A DNA stretch of 64,000 bases from an uncultured Rhabdochlamydiaceae bacterium (GTDB lineage Bacteria; Chlamydiota; Chlamydiia; Chlamydiales; Rhabdochlamydiaceae): positions 864,001-928,000 of the forward strand of contig CAVQHD010000001.1 in assembly GCA_963712275.1 (NCBI GenBank). Direction: 5' to 3'. Shown here one piece after another: positions 1 through 9,645 of the stretch. A program made the translations under genes and the position numbers. Positions within the stretch are counted from its first letter, which is position 1; each line of letters begins with the position of its first letter. Under the pieces are notes generated by a model. The model worked only from the letters and a program-made list of their open reading frames with translations. It was not told the DNA's origin and did no database searches.

Positions 1-109
1 CGTAGGCATAATTTTTCATGGCATCTGTAACATAGACATTTCGTCCTAAGATGTTGATCCGGATGCCCATGGCCTCTTCTTGCTCGGTAAATTTTGCCTT
101 ATCGACCAT
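1..109 (-). CDS. hpf: Ribosome hibernation promoting factor / RaiA family protein, 5' part (runs off the window edge)
   Basis: Manual translation MVDKAKFTEQEEAMGIRINILGRNVYVTDAMKNYAY matches the HPF N-terminal pattern (I.I.GRN..VTDA.K.Y); AAGGAG Shine-Dalgarno upstream; not in the ORF track. Confidence 0.75.
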   Translation of the reverse strand, partial: MVDKAKFTEQEEAMGIRINILGRNVYVTDAMKNYAY

Positions 110-198
110 ACTTATAGCTCCTTTTTGGGATCACATTATACGGTTAGAATCATTTTTGGCTTCGTCTTTCTCGATTCTCTACAGAGCATTGGGAATTG

Positions 199-309
199 GA
201 ACAGATTTTTGAAACTTTTGTCGATTCGTGCTTATTTCCATTTCTTCACCACCGAGGCACGGAGAGGGATGAGATTGCACAGAGAAAAAAAATCCTCTCA
301 GTGGTGAAA
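199..309. repeat. Palindromic element family A, degenerate copy (left arm intact, right arm mostly deleted)
   Basis: gaacag...catttcttcaccaccgaggcacggagagggatgagattgcacagag aligns with the arms at 37511-37599 and 11751-11795. Confidence 0.85.
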
Positions 310-320
310 AATAGAAAGTT

Positions 321-394
321 CGCACCGAACAGGACTTGAACCTGTAACCACCCGGTTCGAAGCCGGGTACTCTATCCGATTGAGCTATCGGTGC
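321..394 (-). tRNA. tRNA-Arg (anticodon UCG)
   Basis: Cloverleaf GCACCGA..TCGGTGC, anticodon arm CCCGG-CTTCGAA-CCGGG, T-loop GGTTCAAGTCC. Confidence 0.95.
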
Positions 395-478
395 AAAGAA
401 CGATAAAGATATCATAGCAGTGTCTAAAATGCCAAGTCTCTTGACAAGGCCTCCAGAAGGTGCCACTCTTGGTTTGTT

Positions 479-1078
479 ATGAGCGATATTAAGACAGAGG
501 GGATTATCTTAAAAATAATCCCTTACAAAGATCATGATCGGGTTATTCAGATTCTCACACATGAGAGTGGAATGATCAGCTTACTGGCAAAAGGGGTTTT
601 AAAACCAAAACTTCACGCGCTCCTTTCCCCCTTAACGCAGCTGGAGATCGTATATCGAAAGAAAGGATCAGATCTCTTCTTTTTTAAAGAAGGTTTCCTC
701 ATTGAGAACTACCATTTTCTAAGAACTCGATGGGAGCTTCTTGAAGCGGCAGGTAAAATGGGAGGGGCTATTCTCCAAACGCAGCTTCCTGGAAAAGCAG
801 CCGCTCGGCTCTATCAGCTGCTGACGGCCTCCCTCAAGCAGCTGCCACACTTTGAACACCCCGCGACGCTTGTTGTGCTCTTCTATCTCAAGCTTCTGAT
901 GCATGAAGGGGTCATTGCGTGGGACGAGCAATCTTTATTCCCGATTCCTTGCCCTAATCATGCCTGGATAGTTCTCAAGAATTTAGCCCTGACCCGGTCG
1001 TTCCGTCCCTATTATCAACAGAAGGGTTATGAAGGTTTTGTTCCCCAGTTAGAGAAAGTGCTGAAAGTGGTTTTATGA
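479..1078 (+). CDS. recO: DNA repair protein RecO
   Basis: N-terminal OB-fold pattern TEGIILKIIPYKDHDRVIQILTHESGMISLLAKG. Confidence 0.85.
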   Translation: MSDIKTEGIILKIIPYKDHDRVIQILTHESGMISLLAKGVLKPKLHALLSPLTQLEIVYRKKGSDLFFFKEGFLIENYHFLRTRWELLEAAGKMGGAILQTQLPGKAAARLYQLLTASLKQLPHFEHPATLVVLFYLKLLMHEGVIAWDEQSLFPIPCPNHAWIVLKNLALTRSFRPYYQQKGYEGFVPQLEKVLKVVL

Positions 1079-1102
1079 AGGATTGGAAAATTTTTAGATC
1101 TA

Positions 1103-1120
1103 TTTAAGACAGCTTCTTAG
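1103..1120. repeat. Solo terminal repeat of palindromic family B
   Basis: tttaagacagcttcttag is identical to the right end plus TTA flank of the 23992-24161 element. Confidence 0.6.
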
Positions 1121-1176
1121 AAATAACTTTTCAGGAATAAGCATATAACCAATAATTGGTGGAAAATCGTGAAAAT

Positions 1177-1468
1177 ATGACAGAACAAAAATCTATCATA
1201 AATCCATTGGACATTCTAACTCATCTGGGCTCATCTGGGTTGGAGTGAAAATGATGATTTAGAGTTCAAGTCTGCCAAAGGCGGCCTACCAAAAAGCTTA
1301 TGGGAAACCTATAGTGCTATGGCAAATACGAGAGGGGGTGTTATCTTGCTCGGGGTCGACAATGCTGGGACGGTTACCGGTCTTACAGATACGCAAAAGA
1401 TAAAGAAAAATTTTTGGGATACAATAAACAATAAAACTTATGAAACCATCGATTCAACGTATTGCTGA
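1177..1468 (+). pseudogene. AlbA_2 (Schlafen-like) domain gene fragment, frameshifted and truncated
   Basis: Removing a 10-bp tandem duplication (ctcatctggg at 1220-1229 and 1230-1239) gives ...[41 protein letters not shown]..., the E..EFK / SAMANT.GG.I.LGV signature. Confidence 0.85.
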
Positions 1469-2162
1469 GCTAAATAAGGGTCTCTTAGAGGCGAGAACTC
1501 TGATGGATAGCCTCGCAATTGATATGAACGCCCTCGTTGCAGCCACGTTTCCTGAAATTCAACTACCGAAATTTGTTGGCAAGGTCGGCATTACTAAGAA
1601 AATGCAGCAGGCAGCTCAAGCTTTTTACGAACAAAAAGGGTTTGATAGTTTTCATGAGTTGAAGGCACATCGTTCAGATACTCTACGCGGTCTTGCATGT
1701 TATGTTTTAAGCTATCACTCGTTATCCTCATGGGAGGAAAAATTTGAACTTATTCTTCCGCTTGCAGACGACCTCCATTCCGGTGTGCGTGAGTGGGCAT
1801 GGCTTGCCTTAAGGCCTATCTGCATTGCGCACCCCTTTCAAGCAATTGAAAAGCTTGCCCCTCTGGTCAAACATCCTTCGGAAAGAATAAGACGGTTTGT
1901 ATCGGAAATCACAAGGCCAAGAGGCGTCTGGTGTTCTCATATTGCGGAGCTCCGGAAAGAACCTTGGAAGGCCTTGATACTCCTTGAACCCATGAACAAT
2001 GATCCAGCAAAGTATGTCCAGCTTTCCGTGGCAAATTGGCTCAATGATGCAGGAAAAGATCACCCTGAGTGGGTGGTCGAGCTCTGTCGTCGATGGAAAA
2101 AAGAATCTCCAACCGATTCGACAGGAAAAATCTGTAAGCGCGCACTTCGCAATCTTAATTAA
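1440..2162 (+). CDS. DNA alkylation repair protein (AlkC/AlkD-like HEAT-repeat glycosylase family)
   Basis: Motifs [51 protein letters not shown]. Confidence 0.85.
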   Translation: MKPSIQRIAELNKGLLEARTLMDSLAIDMNALVAATFPEIQLPKFVGKVGITKKMQQAAQAFYEQKGFDSFHELKAHRSDTLRGLACYVLSYHSLSSWEEKFELILPLADDLHSGVREWAWLALRPICIAHPFQAIEKLAPLVKHPSERIRRFVSEITRPRGVWCSHIAELRKEPWKALILLEPMNNDPAKYVQLSVANWLNDAGKDHPEWVVELCRRWKKESPTDSTGKICKRALRNLN

Positions 2163-3195
2163 GTTTAGATGTCATATCGACGGGCTGCACAGGAGTCTGC
2201 ATAGGGAAAGAGCCTGGGCGCCGGCCGGCTGAAAAGTCGAGCTTTTTGAGATCGATAAAGCGGAGCGTTAAATCTTCATAAGTGCGGTAGTAGAGGATCT
2301 TATTTTTCAGATCTTTGATGACAACCCATTGCGTGAGCTCAAAGCTGCTAGATGTAGAGCTTCCGCGAACGGTCCCAAACGGAATGTCGACGGTATTGAG
2401 CAAGTGTTCCACGAGGTTAATGCCAGCAGGTGCAGTCATTGGAGAGACAGCAAACGCTTTAAATAGCGAGGCTCTGACAAAGCGGGAAGGAGGCGTCCAA
2501 TCTCCAGGAATTCCAAGAAGCCCCGTCCCTTGCCCTGTGGGCTGAAGCACAGATCCATTCAGGTTGACAGGGCCTGCATTGATCGCAGACAGGTTGATGT
2601 AGTTCCGAAGATTGGTCAGATGCCACTCAATTTTAGGAGCGTTGGTGAGCACCCCATTCGGGTTGTCGTGAACCTCCATCTTTCCATCGATAAATTCGAC
2701 CACTAAGTGGTTTCCTTTCGCATCATGAACCGCAAAATGAATAGGAGGAATCTCAATCGGTTCAATGGCCTCCGCCCAAATGACAACTTTTAAAAGCCCT
2801 TCTTTGACCTCTCCGACTGTTGCAAAATTCCCAAGAAGCCACGGCCCTACATCTTGCAGAACAAGCGCGCTGGAGTTCTTAGGATCTTGTGGATATTGAG
2901 CCCCAGGAAACCAGAGAGCTCCAAAAGAGAGCCCTTGTTCATTCATTCCATCGGTTGTCAGCCCTTGATCAAGGCAGTCAATGCTGACATAGCCGTATTT
3001 CGACGTCCAGGAAAGTTGACCTTTAGATGAGTGAACCATCCCTCGTGGATTCAAGGAAATTCTTGACTTCATCGGAAGGGCAAACTCCATCGAGCGGCCA
3101 TTGATAAGAGCCCCGTCCTGGGTTGTGATGACAAGGTCGGTACAGCCCCAGAGGCGAACAGCGAGCAGAAGAGAGATAAATGTTAAAAATTTCAT
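2155..3195 (-). CDS. Choloylglycine hydrolase / penicillin V acylase family Ntn hydrolase with signal peptide
   Basis: Signal peptide MKFLTFISLLLAVRLWG followed by nucleophile CT; GRSMEF, DGMNEQGL, VLTNAP, GIPGDWTPPSRFVRA; start taken at ATG 3195. Confidence 0.9.
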   Translation of the reverse strand: MKFLTFISLLLAVRLWGCTDLVITTQDGALINGRSMEFALPMKSRISLNPRGMVHSSKGQLSWTSKYGYVSIDCLDQGLTTDGMNEQGLSFGALWFPGAQYPQDPKNSSALVLQDVGPWLLGNFATVGEVKEGLLKVVIWAEAIEPIEIPPIHFAVHDAKGNHLVVEFIDGKMEVHDNPNGVLTNAPKIEWHLTNLRNYINLSAINAGPVNLNGSVLQPTGQGTGLLGIPGDWTPPSRFVRASLFKAFAVSPMTAPAGINLVEHLLNTVDIPFGTVRGSSTSSSFELTQWVVIKDLKNKILYYRTYEDLTLRFIDLKKLDFSAGRRPGSFPMQTPVQPVDMTSKLN

Positions 3196-3266
3196 ATGAT
3201 TTTTCCATAACAGAGCTGGCATTTATTTAGAATCTTCAGTAGAATGAAAGGGTCAATTTTTCAATA

Positions 3267-3830
3267 ATGGAGGAAGTAAAAATGATTTCAGCTGAACTAG
3301 CATCCAAAATGGTGCCAACCGATTCGCAAGCTGCTGCAGTCCTCATAGGAGTAGGTGGTTCCATCACAGCTCTTTCTGCTTTAACTTACATTTTAGAATC
3401 AAAAGAAGACAGAAAGAAAATAATAGTCGAAAGGTATGTTTGGGGAGAATTTGCTCAAAATATGTCGCTCATTCCCTTTATTGCCCTACCGATCTTTAGA
3501 AACCTCTGGAAAGTAGAAGCTCCTCTACCTCTTAAGTTCGTTTCTTTTCTTGCTTATGGAGCGTTAGGGTCCGTTCTCTTTCATGCTGGTTACAAAGCCT
3601 CATCTGTGCATAGAGAATTGCTCAATAAAAATGAAGAGAGTTCTCGTAAAGCCGAAGTTTCTCCCGAAGGTTCTTTGGTCAACCTCGCTTTCAAAATCCT
3701 GAATACTGCAATCATGATGAAAATGTTTTATGAAAAACCAGCCGACAGGATGCTCACCACTTCCATTTTAGTAATTTCTATGGCATCTTGTGGGATCAAT
3801 TGGGGCCTCTTCCGACGATCACTAGGATAG
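3267..3830 (+). CDS. Hypothetical multi-pass membrane protein
   Basis: 187-aa ORF with several hydrophobic segments; no recognised family. Confidence 0.6.
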   Translation: MEEVKMISAELASKMVPTDSQAAAVLIGVGGSITALSALTYILESKEDRKKIIVERYVWGEFAQNMSLIPFIALPIFRNLWKVEAPLPLKFVSFLAYGALGSVLFHAGYKASSVHRELLNKNEESSRKAEVSPEGSLVNLAFKILNTAIMMKMFYEKPADRMLTTSILVISMASCGINWGLFRRSLG

Positions 3831-3921
3831 ACCCATACAAATAAAAGGAGGTAAGTCCTGCAAAGCATTTTTTAATTTGCAAATGCTAGCATTTATTCGA
3901 AATTTCTTATAAAATCTGTGC

Positions 3922-4857
3922 ATGAAAATTGCGATTGTACGTCGGAACGGGCTGGGCGATTTGCTAACGGCGATGCCGCTCGTGCTCCTGTGCAAGGAGC
4001 GGTTTGCCGGCTGTCATATCACCTTGATTGTCGATCACCGCAATGCACCCCTTCTTCCGTATCTGGAAGGAGTTGATGAAACAGTCATTATTGCCCCCTC
4101 GAAAAACAAATACCTTTCTCTTCTTAAAACTGTATGGGCTTGCAGGCACCGCTCTTTTGACTTAGTTGTCTCTGCAAGGCCCAAGCCAATGCAATGGGTC
4201 AACCTCTTTTTGCGATGTCTTAAAACGGATAGGCGCCGCGCTGTTGTAGATAGCAGCTGGCATTCAAGGTGGATCAATGAGCCTCAGCTTTATGAGCCTG
4301 ACATCTGCCGGCATCAAATGGTGAAAAGCTTAAGGCTTCTCGATCCTTTGCTTGAAGAAGTGCCGTCCCATCTCCTTCCCGTGATCCGCGCCAAGCCCAG
4401 TAGGCAGTTCGACCAGCCAGCCTTGCTTGTGTCTGTGAGTAACTACCGGATTGGAAGTCAGCTCGACTCTGACAAAATCGTCTCTCATTTGAATCGAGCC
4501 TTCGAGAAGCACGATTTTCAGGTAATTATCAATTGCATCCCTAAGGATCTTGCAAGAGCGCGTCTGATCAGCGCAGGCCTCCAGATGAAGCACGAAGTGA
4601 TTGCAACGCCAAGCTTTGATGAGTTTATGTCCCTTTTAGCCTCTGCTCACGGGTGTTGGACAGGGGATGGGGGAGTGATGCACCTCGCAGCAGCGCTTGG
4701 TAAACCTCAACTCATCCTCTTTGGAAAAACAGAACTTGAGCAGTGGGCGCCTCTCTCAAACAAAGCGATTTGTCTTTGGCACCCTGAAAATGTTAACTTT
4801 ATCCCTGAAAACGATGTGCAGCAAAAATTAGAGGAGCTCCTCCATGAGCTACGGTAA
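3922..4857 (+). CDS. Glycosyltransferase family 9 (heptosyltransferase-like)
   Basis: IVRRNGLGDLLTAMP and TGDGGVMHLAAALGKPQLILFG motifs. Confidence 0.9.
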   Translation: MKIAIVRRNGLGDLLTAMPLVLLCKERFAGCHITLIVDHRNAPLLPYLEGVDETVIIAPSKNKYLSLLKTVWACRHRSFDLVVSARPKPMQWVNLFLRCLKTDRRRAVVDSSWHSRWINEPQLYEPDICRHQMVKSLRLLDPLLEEVPSHLLPVIRAKPSRQFDQPALLVSVSNYRIGSQLDSDKIVSHLNRAFEKHDFQVIINCIPKDLARARLISAGLQMKHEVIATPSFDEFMSLLASAHGCWTGDGGVMHLAAALGKPQLILFGKTELEQWAPLSNKAICLWHPENVNFIPENDVQQKLEELLHELR

Positions 4858-6022
4858 CTATCCCAAGCTTGAACAGGTGAGAAGGGTTTTAGTCATCAAA
4901 CTGAGGCATCACGGAGATGTGCTTCTTACCTCTCCCGTCTTTTCTTACTTAAAAGTAGAGCTTCCTGAAGCAGAGATCGATGCGCTCATTTATCAAGAAA
5001 CAGCTCCGATGTTAGAAGGGCATCCTGCCATTCGGAAGCTTCATCTCTATGATAGGCAGTGGAAAAAAAGATCTTTTTGGAGCAGGTGGAAACAAGAGCT
5101 TCAGCTCCTTAGGCAGATTCGAAAGGCGCGCTATGACCTCGTGGTCAACCTCACCGAAGGAGACAGAGGGGCAATTGTTGCTGCCGTTTCAGGAGCGTCG
5201 ATTCGAGTGGGGTTAGATCCTGAGAAAAAAGGTTTTTTTGGCAAAGCGACCCTTTTTTCCCACCTAGTGAAATCGTGTCCAACGCCTCGGCATACCGTCG
5301 AGAAAAATCTCGACGCGCTGCGCCGCATCGGTCTTTTCCCACCTCCTGAGGAGCGAGAACTCTTCTTTCATGTTCCTTCAGATGCTAGGCAAAAAGTTTT
5401 AGACCGGCTTCAGGCTGCAAATATCCAGCCTAAGCAATTTATCGTCATTCACCCAGTCTCTCGTTGGAAATTCAAGTGCTGGCCGGCGGCTCAAGTGGCC
5501 CAGTTTATCAAAGAGCTTCATAATGACGGACATCGCATCGTTCTCACCGCGAGCTCCGATCGTGACGAGCTCCAGATGATTCAAGAAATTATTTCCTTCT
5601 GTTCCCACATCCCGATAGTCAATTTGGCCGGCCAGATCAGTTTGAAAGAGCTCGGTGCTGTCATCGCAGAAGCAAAGGCGCTCATTTGTGTCGATTCTGT
5701 CCCGCTTCATTTGGCAAGCGCTCTTAAAACTCCTGTTGTAGCTCTTTTTGGACCTACCTCTGAGCTCAATTGGGGGCCATGGAGGCATCCCTTCGCCCGC
5801 GTCGTCACCCAGCCGCTCTCCTGCCGCCCCTGTGGAAGAGATGGATGCGGGGGCAGCAAGCGGAGCGACTGTTTAGTCACCCTTCCCGTCCAGAAGGTCA
5901 AGCAAGCATTTGAGGAGCTTGAACAAATAACGACAAGTTATTTTTTAAAATCTGTCCATTTAACGAACGCAAAAAATGGATTTGATCTGTATAATGGATG
6001 TCAAATTAACTTTAACAAGTAG
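4844..6022 (+). CDS. rfaQ: LPS heptosyltransferase III-like, GT9
   Basis: RVLVIKLRHHGDVLLTSP, HPVSRWKFKCW, VDSVPLHLASALKTPVVALFGP. Confidence 0.85.
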   Translation: MSYGNYPKLEQVRRVLVIKLRHHGDVLLTSPVFSYLKVELPEAEIDALIYQETAPMLEGHPAIRKLHLYDRQWKKRSFWSRWKQELQLLRQIRKARYDLVVNLTEGDRGAIVAAVSGASIRVGLDPEKKGFFGKATLFSHLVKSCPTPRHTVEKNLDALRRIGLFPPPEERELFFHVPSDARQKVLDRLQAANIQPKQFIVIHPVSRWKFKCWPAAQVAQFIKELHNDGHRIVLTASSDRDELQMIQEIISFCSHIPIVNLAGQISLKELGAVIAEAKALICVDSVPLHLASALKTPVVALFGPTSELNWGPWRHPFARVVTQPLSCRPCGRDGCGGSKRSDCLVTLPVQKVKQAFEELEQITTSYFLKSVHLTNAKNGFDLYNGCQINFNK

Positions 6023-6033
6023 AAGGACGATCA

Positions 6034-7599
6034 ATGGCTTTACGTGCTTTATGTCTGAAGTTATACCCTTCATCTTGCTTGCCTTACCCCATTACGAAAG
6101 ATGGATGGAGGATCGATGAGGCTTGGATCCAAAAGAGAGTGAATAAATTAGCTGCAGGGGGTGCTCTTCTTGTTATTGGGTCTGCAGTTGGAGTCAGGAA
6201 AGCTTCTTCTTATTGGAGGTGGATTATTCCCGCCGGAGTTGCTGTAATGGGAGGGTTAACTTGTCTCTTCTGGTCCTATTTCGATCGCTGGATTGCAAAG
6301 AGAGTGATTATTCAGCATCTCCAGGCTCTCTCAAACAAATTTATGAGGGAAGATAAGCTTGACGATCAGACTCTGAAGAAGATTTTTGAGTGTGAGCCTT
6401 TTCTTCATGAGCTTGCAACAAAGGACGTCTATATTGAAGCCTTGAAAGGTGAAAAAGGGGAGAATTTGCTTAGTTTTTTTAACGATCAACAAACTCGTTT
6501 TTCTTCTCTTAATGCTACCGGGAGTAAAATTTCAGCGTTGATTAAAAAAATCGAGGCGCTTCAGGAGCAGGTAAAGCAGAATCAAATGACACCGAGAGAG
6601 CAAGCTACTGAGCGGTCGGAAGACCTGACAATGAGTCAAGCGTTGGAAAAGCTTAGATCCCCGCAGGAGAAACATCTGGCAGAGGAAGTGCTAGGACAAA
6701 AATTAAGGCTCTTTACTTGTAAAGAACAATGGAAGCAAAATTTCCCTAAGCTTCAAAAAGAGTTTAGTCTTGTTAAGAATGATGCTGAAAAATTTCATCT
6801 CCTGGCTGGGATATTTGTATTGACACAACAAAGCAGACCGATTGCAAAGACCTGTCAATTTCTTGAAACACTCGAATGGCCTTCTGAAGAGCTGAAAAAA
6901 AAAGAATTGCCTGTACTAATCGTGATATTGTTGGAGGAAAAGAAATTTGTGTCATGGCAAGAGACATCTATAAATTTCAAGGATCAGAAATTGTCAACGT
7001 ATAAGGCCGTTCTTGATATGAGGAAAATTTTTGGGTGTAGAGATTTTACTGAAAAGCCCCAGCAAATGTCTCGTTATATCGTGGAAGCGATTCGGTTGCA
7101 GTTAAATTTGCTAGGAGAGTGGACCCTCATGCAGCTTAAAAAAAATCGAGCTGAAGCTATAGGGTTGTATGTAGAGATCTGTCAGTTTATGGAATGCCGC
7201 TTTCCTGCCTCCATGGTTTCTCCATTGCTTCCTTGCCTCGCAGAAATTCCCGGGCTTGTTGGCTTAAATCTTAATGATATAGGGACCGAGCGGCCCCGGG
7301 AAAAAAAGACAAAAGCAAGCGGCTTTGGAGATGAAGATGCTGATGCTCTTCTGAAGATTATTAGACAGCAGCCTTTTCTACAGGATATTAAGATCAATCT
7401 TGAAGCGATGTCTGAGGGAAAACAGAAACAAATTCTAGCAGAGATGGAAAAGCCTCCTAGTAATGACGTTGTGCAAAGGCTTCTTGAATTAGCGGACAAG
7501 CTGGAAGATGAGCAATCAGAGATGGAAAAGCCTCGTAGCAGCGATCTTGAGCAAGGGTTTCTTGAAGCAGCGGACAAGCTGGAAGATAAGCAATCCTAA
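6034..7599 (+). CDS. Hypothetical effector-like protein (two N-terminal hydrophobic segments, coiled coil, C-terminal duplication)
   Basis: 521-aa ORF; hydrophobic pair near aa 40-82; possible RI-type LRR remnant near the C-terminus. Confidence 0.65.
   Translation: MALRALCLKLYPSSCLPYPITKDGWRIDEAWIQKRVNKLAAGGALLVIGSAVGVRKASSYWRWIIPAGVAVMGGLTCLFWSYFDRWIAKRVIIQHLQALSNKFMREDKLDDQTLKKIFECEPFLHELATKDVYIEALKGEKGENLLSFFNDQQTRFSSLNATGSKISALIKKIEALQEQVKQNQMTPREQATERSEDLTMSQALEKLRSPQEKHLAEEVLGQKLRLFTCKEQWKQNFPKLQKEFSLVKNDAEKFHLLAGIFVLTQQSRPIAKTCQFLETLEWPSEELKKKELPVLIVILLEEKKFVSWQETSINFKDQKLSTYKAVLDMRKIFGCRDFTEKPQQMSRYIVEAIRLQLNLLGEWTLMQLKKNRAEAIGLYVEICQFMECRFPASMVSPLLPCLAEIPGLVGLNLNDIGTERPREKKTKASGFGDEDADALLKIIRQQPFLQDIKINLEAMSEGKQKQILAEMEKPPSNDVVQRLLELADKLEDEQSEMEKPRSSDLEQGFLEAADKLEDKQS
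7441..7596 (+). repeat. Two 78-bp tandem units at the 3' end of the 521-aa ORF
   Basis: EMEKPPSNDVVQRLLELADKLEDEQS / EMEKPRSSDLEQGFLEAADKLEDKQS. Confidence 0.9.
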
Positions 7600-8324
7600 A
7601 TCTTAAAATCTTCGCCGAAGTAGGAGAGGCGGGCTTCGCGGTTTTGGAGGAGCTGCTGAACGGTTCCGGAGGTTAAGATTTTCCCTTCGCGGATGAGATA
7701 GCTCCGATCGACGATAGAGAAAATCTCCCGTGCATTGTGATCGGTAATCAGGATGCTGATCCCTCTATTCTTGAGGTGGCGGATCATTTTTTTCACATCG
7801 GCAACGGCAAGGGGATCGATGTTTGCAAACGGCTCATCGAGAAGGAGGAGGGCGGGATCGGTGACGAGGGCGCGGGTGATTTCAAGGCGGCGTCTCTCTC
7901 CACCAGAGAGGGTAGCTGCTTTTTTCTTGGCAAGGGGCTCAAGGTGCAGCTCGTGAAGGAGAGCTTGCAGCTTTTCTTGTCTCTCCTGGGAAGAAAGAGG
8001 GCGCGTTTCGAGGATGCAAAGGATGTTTTCTTCGACGGTGAGCGACCGGAAAATAGAGGGTTCTTGAGCGAGATACCCCATGCCGAGCTGAGCCCGCTCG
8101 TGAATTGGCAAAGAGGTTGCATCGTGTCCTTTGAAGAAGACATGTCCATCGTCGGGTCGAATGAGTCCCATCGTCATGTAAAATGCTGTCGTTTTTCCTG
8201 CCCCGTTCGGGCCTAAAAGACCAACGACTTCTCCGGGTTTAATTTCAAAGGAAAGGCCATCGACAACGGTCTTGCCTCCATACATTTTTTTGAGATTTTC
8301 AACTTTAAGGAGTGGGAGGGACAT
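7596..8324 (-). CDS. lptB: LPS export ABC transporter ATP-binding protein
   Basis: GPNGAGKTT, YLAQEPSIFR, LSGGERRRLEI, LLDEPFANIDP, ITDHN; start taken at ATG 8324. Confidence 0.95.
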   Translation of the reverse strand: MSLPLLKVENLKKMYGGKTVVDGLSFEIKPGEVVGLLGPNGAGKTTAFYMTMGLIRPDDGHVFFKGHDATSLPIHERAQLGMGYLAQEPSIFRSLTVEENILCILETRPLSSQERQEKLQALLHELHLEPLAKKKAATLSGGERRRLEITRALVTDPALLLLDEPFANIDPLAVADVKKMIRHLKNRGISILITDHNAREIFSIVDRSYLIREGKILTSGTVQQLLQNREARLSYFGEDFKI

Positions 8325-9645
8325 GGCTAAATACCTGGTTAAGACAATGTTGTTCTTCGGGGGTGAGGGAGAAGACGACGTGTCCAATCCCTCGGATTTC
8401 TTGTTCTTTCGAGACGGGGTTATAGGTGATATGGACTTCGGGGCTGCTAATCCGAAGCTCGTCTTGATCGCGTGTGAAGAGGACTTTTTGGCCGGGGAGG
8501 GCTTTTAAGATACAGGTGCGTGTGTTGGGATCGTAGGTGAGAAGATCGGCAATACCTCGACGGGAAGGTCCCTCTTTTTCTTGGGAGAAGATGGTGATGC
8601 GCCCTTGCAGCTCGAGGAGGGCGGGATGGAGCCCTTGGTCATCTTGCCGGTAGTGAATCTGCGCCTCATCTGCGCAAAGGGTCATCTCCTCTTCTTCATA
8701 GAGCAGCTGGGTGTCAGGGGTGGAAGATCGGACAGTTGCAAGATGATGCTCTCCATCGATCTCAAGAGTTCCTTGTGTTTTAAGGCGGTGCCCTTTAAGG
8801 GAGGTGAGCGTTGTGAGCCCCGTTGTTTTTAAGTGGTGGACAGTATGATCTCGAAGGGTCAAATCAATCTCGGTGTCAGAGGTGATTGCTCCCAGGCTCG
8901 ATTCTTGGATGTGAGGGGTGCCTTGAAGAAGGAGGTGGTTATCAGCTTGTTTCCAGAGAAGGTCGTGGGCGGAGAATTGAAGGGTTCCTTTAGAGAAGGA
9001 GGCAAGGCTGCCTGCGCTTTGCTTGAGGTGGAGCTCTTGGTCTGTCAGGTTGAGATCAAATTGCGCGGCGTCAATCTGATCGTTTTGATAGGTCCAGACG
9101 CAGGGACTGATTCCATCAGAGGCGAGATGGGTGGCGGCTTCACTTTTCGAATAAAGCACCGACTCGGTTTGCAGATGATAGAGGCGGTCGTACGTTAAGT
9201 GAACCCCTTGGCGGGCATGCCCTTGTTTGATATCGTACGTTCCTTGAGGGTCCTTGCTCAGCTGTAAATCAAGGTGGGGGGTTAAGAGCTCAAAGAACGT
9301 GGCGCGCCCCTCTTTCCGAATCCAATCGGTGTAATGAACCTGTTTTGAAGAGGTGAGGGCTGCTTGCAGAGTGGAAAAATCGAAAGCCGCTTTTTCACAT
9401 TCCATGTGGGCATCTGTCGATAAGGCGAGCTTGACTCCATCGGAGAGTTCAATATGGGTGAAGGGAAACTCTTCTTGCTCTTCTTCGCGTGTCAAGACGG
9501 CTTTTTCGGCTTTCATTGTACCAAATCCATGCTGGAGAGAGACCTCTCCTTCCAGATAAAGTGCCGAGCCATCATAGGAGGCGTGGTTGGAGGCAATCGA
9601 TCCAGGATCTATGGTAGAAGAGACGGCAAGGATAAAGGCAATCAT
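8305..9645 (-). CDS. Hypothetical beta-rich protein, possibly LptA/OstA-like
   Basis: Repeated beta-strand pattern; located between kdsA and lptB. Confidence 0.55.
   Translation of the reverse strand: MIAFILAVSSTIDPGSIASNHASYDGSALYLEGEVSLQHGFGTMKAEKAVLTREEEQEEFPFTHIELSDGVKLALSTDAHMECEKAAFDFSTLQAALTSSKQVHYTDWIRKEGRATFFELLTPHLDLQLSKDPQGTYDIKQGHARQGVHLTYDRLYHLQTESVLYSKSEAATHLASDGISPCVWTYQNDQIDAAQFDLNLTDQELHLKQSAGSLASFSKGTLQFSAHDLLWKQADNHLLLQGTPHIQESSLGAITSDTEIDLTLRDHTVHHLKTTGLTTLTSLKGHRLKTQGTLEIDGEHHLATVRSSTPDTQLLYEEEEMTLCADEAQIHYRQDDQGLHPALLELQGRITIFSQEKEGPSRRGIADLLTYDPNTRTCILKALPGQKVLFTRDQDELRISSPEVHITYNPVSKEQEIRGIGHVVFSLTPEEQHCLNQVFSHVPPTP

Noticed and set aside
179..466. 95-aa minus-strand ORF, and 55205-55405
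   Set aside because: They overlap tRNA genes
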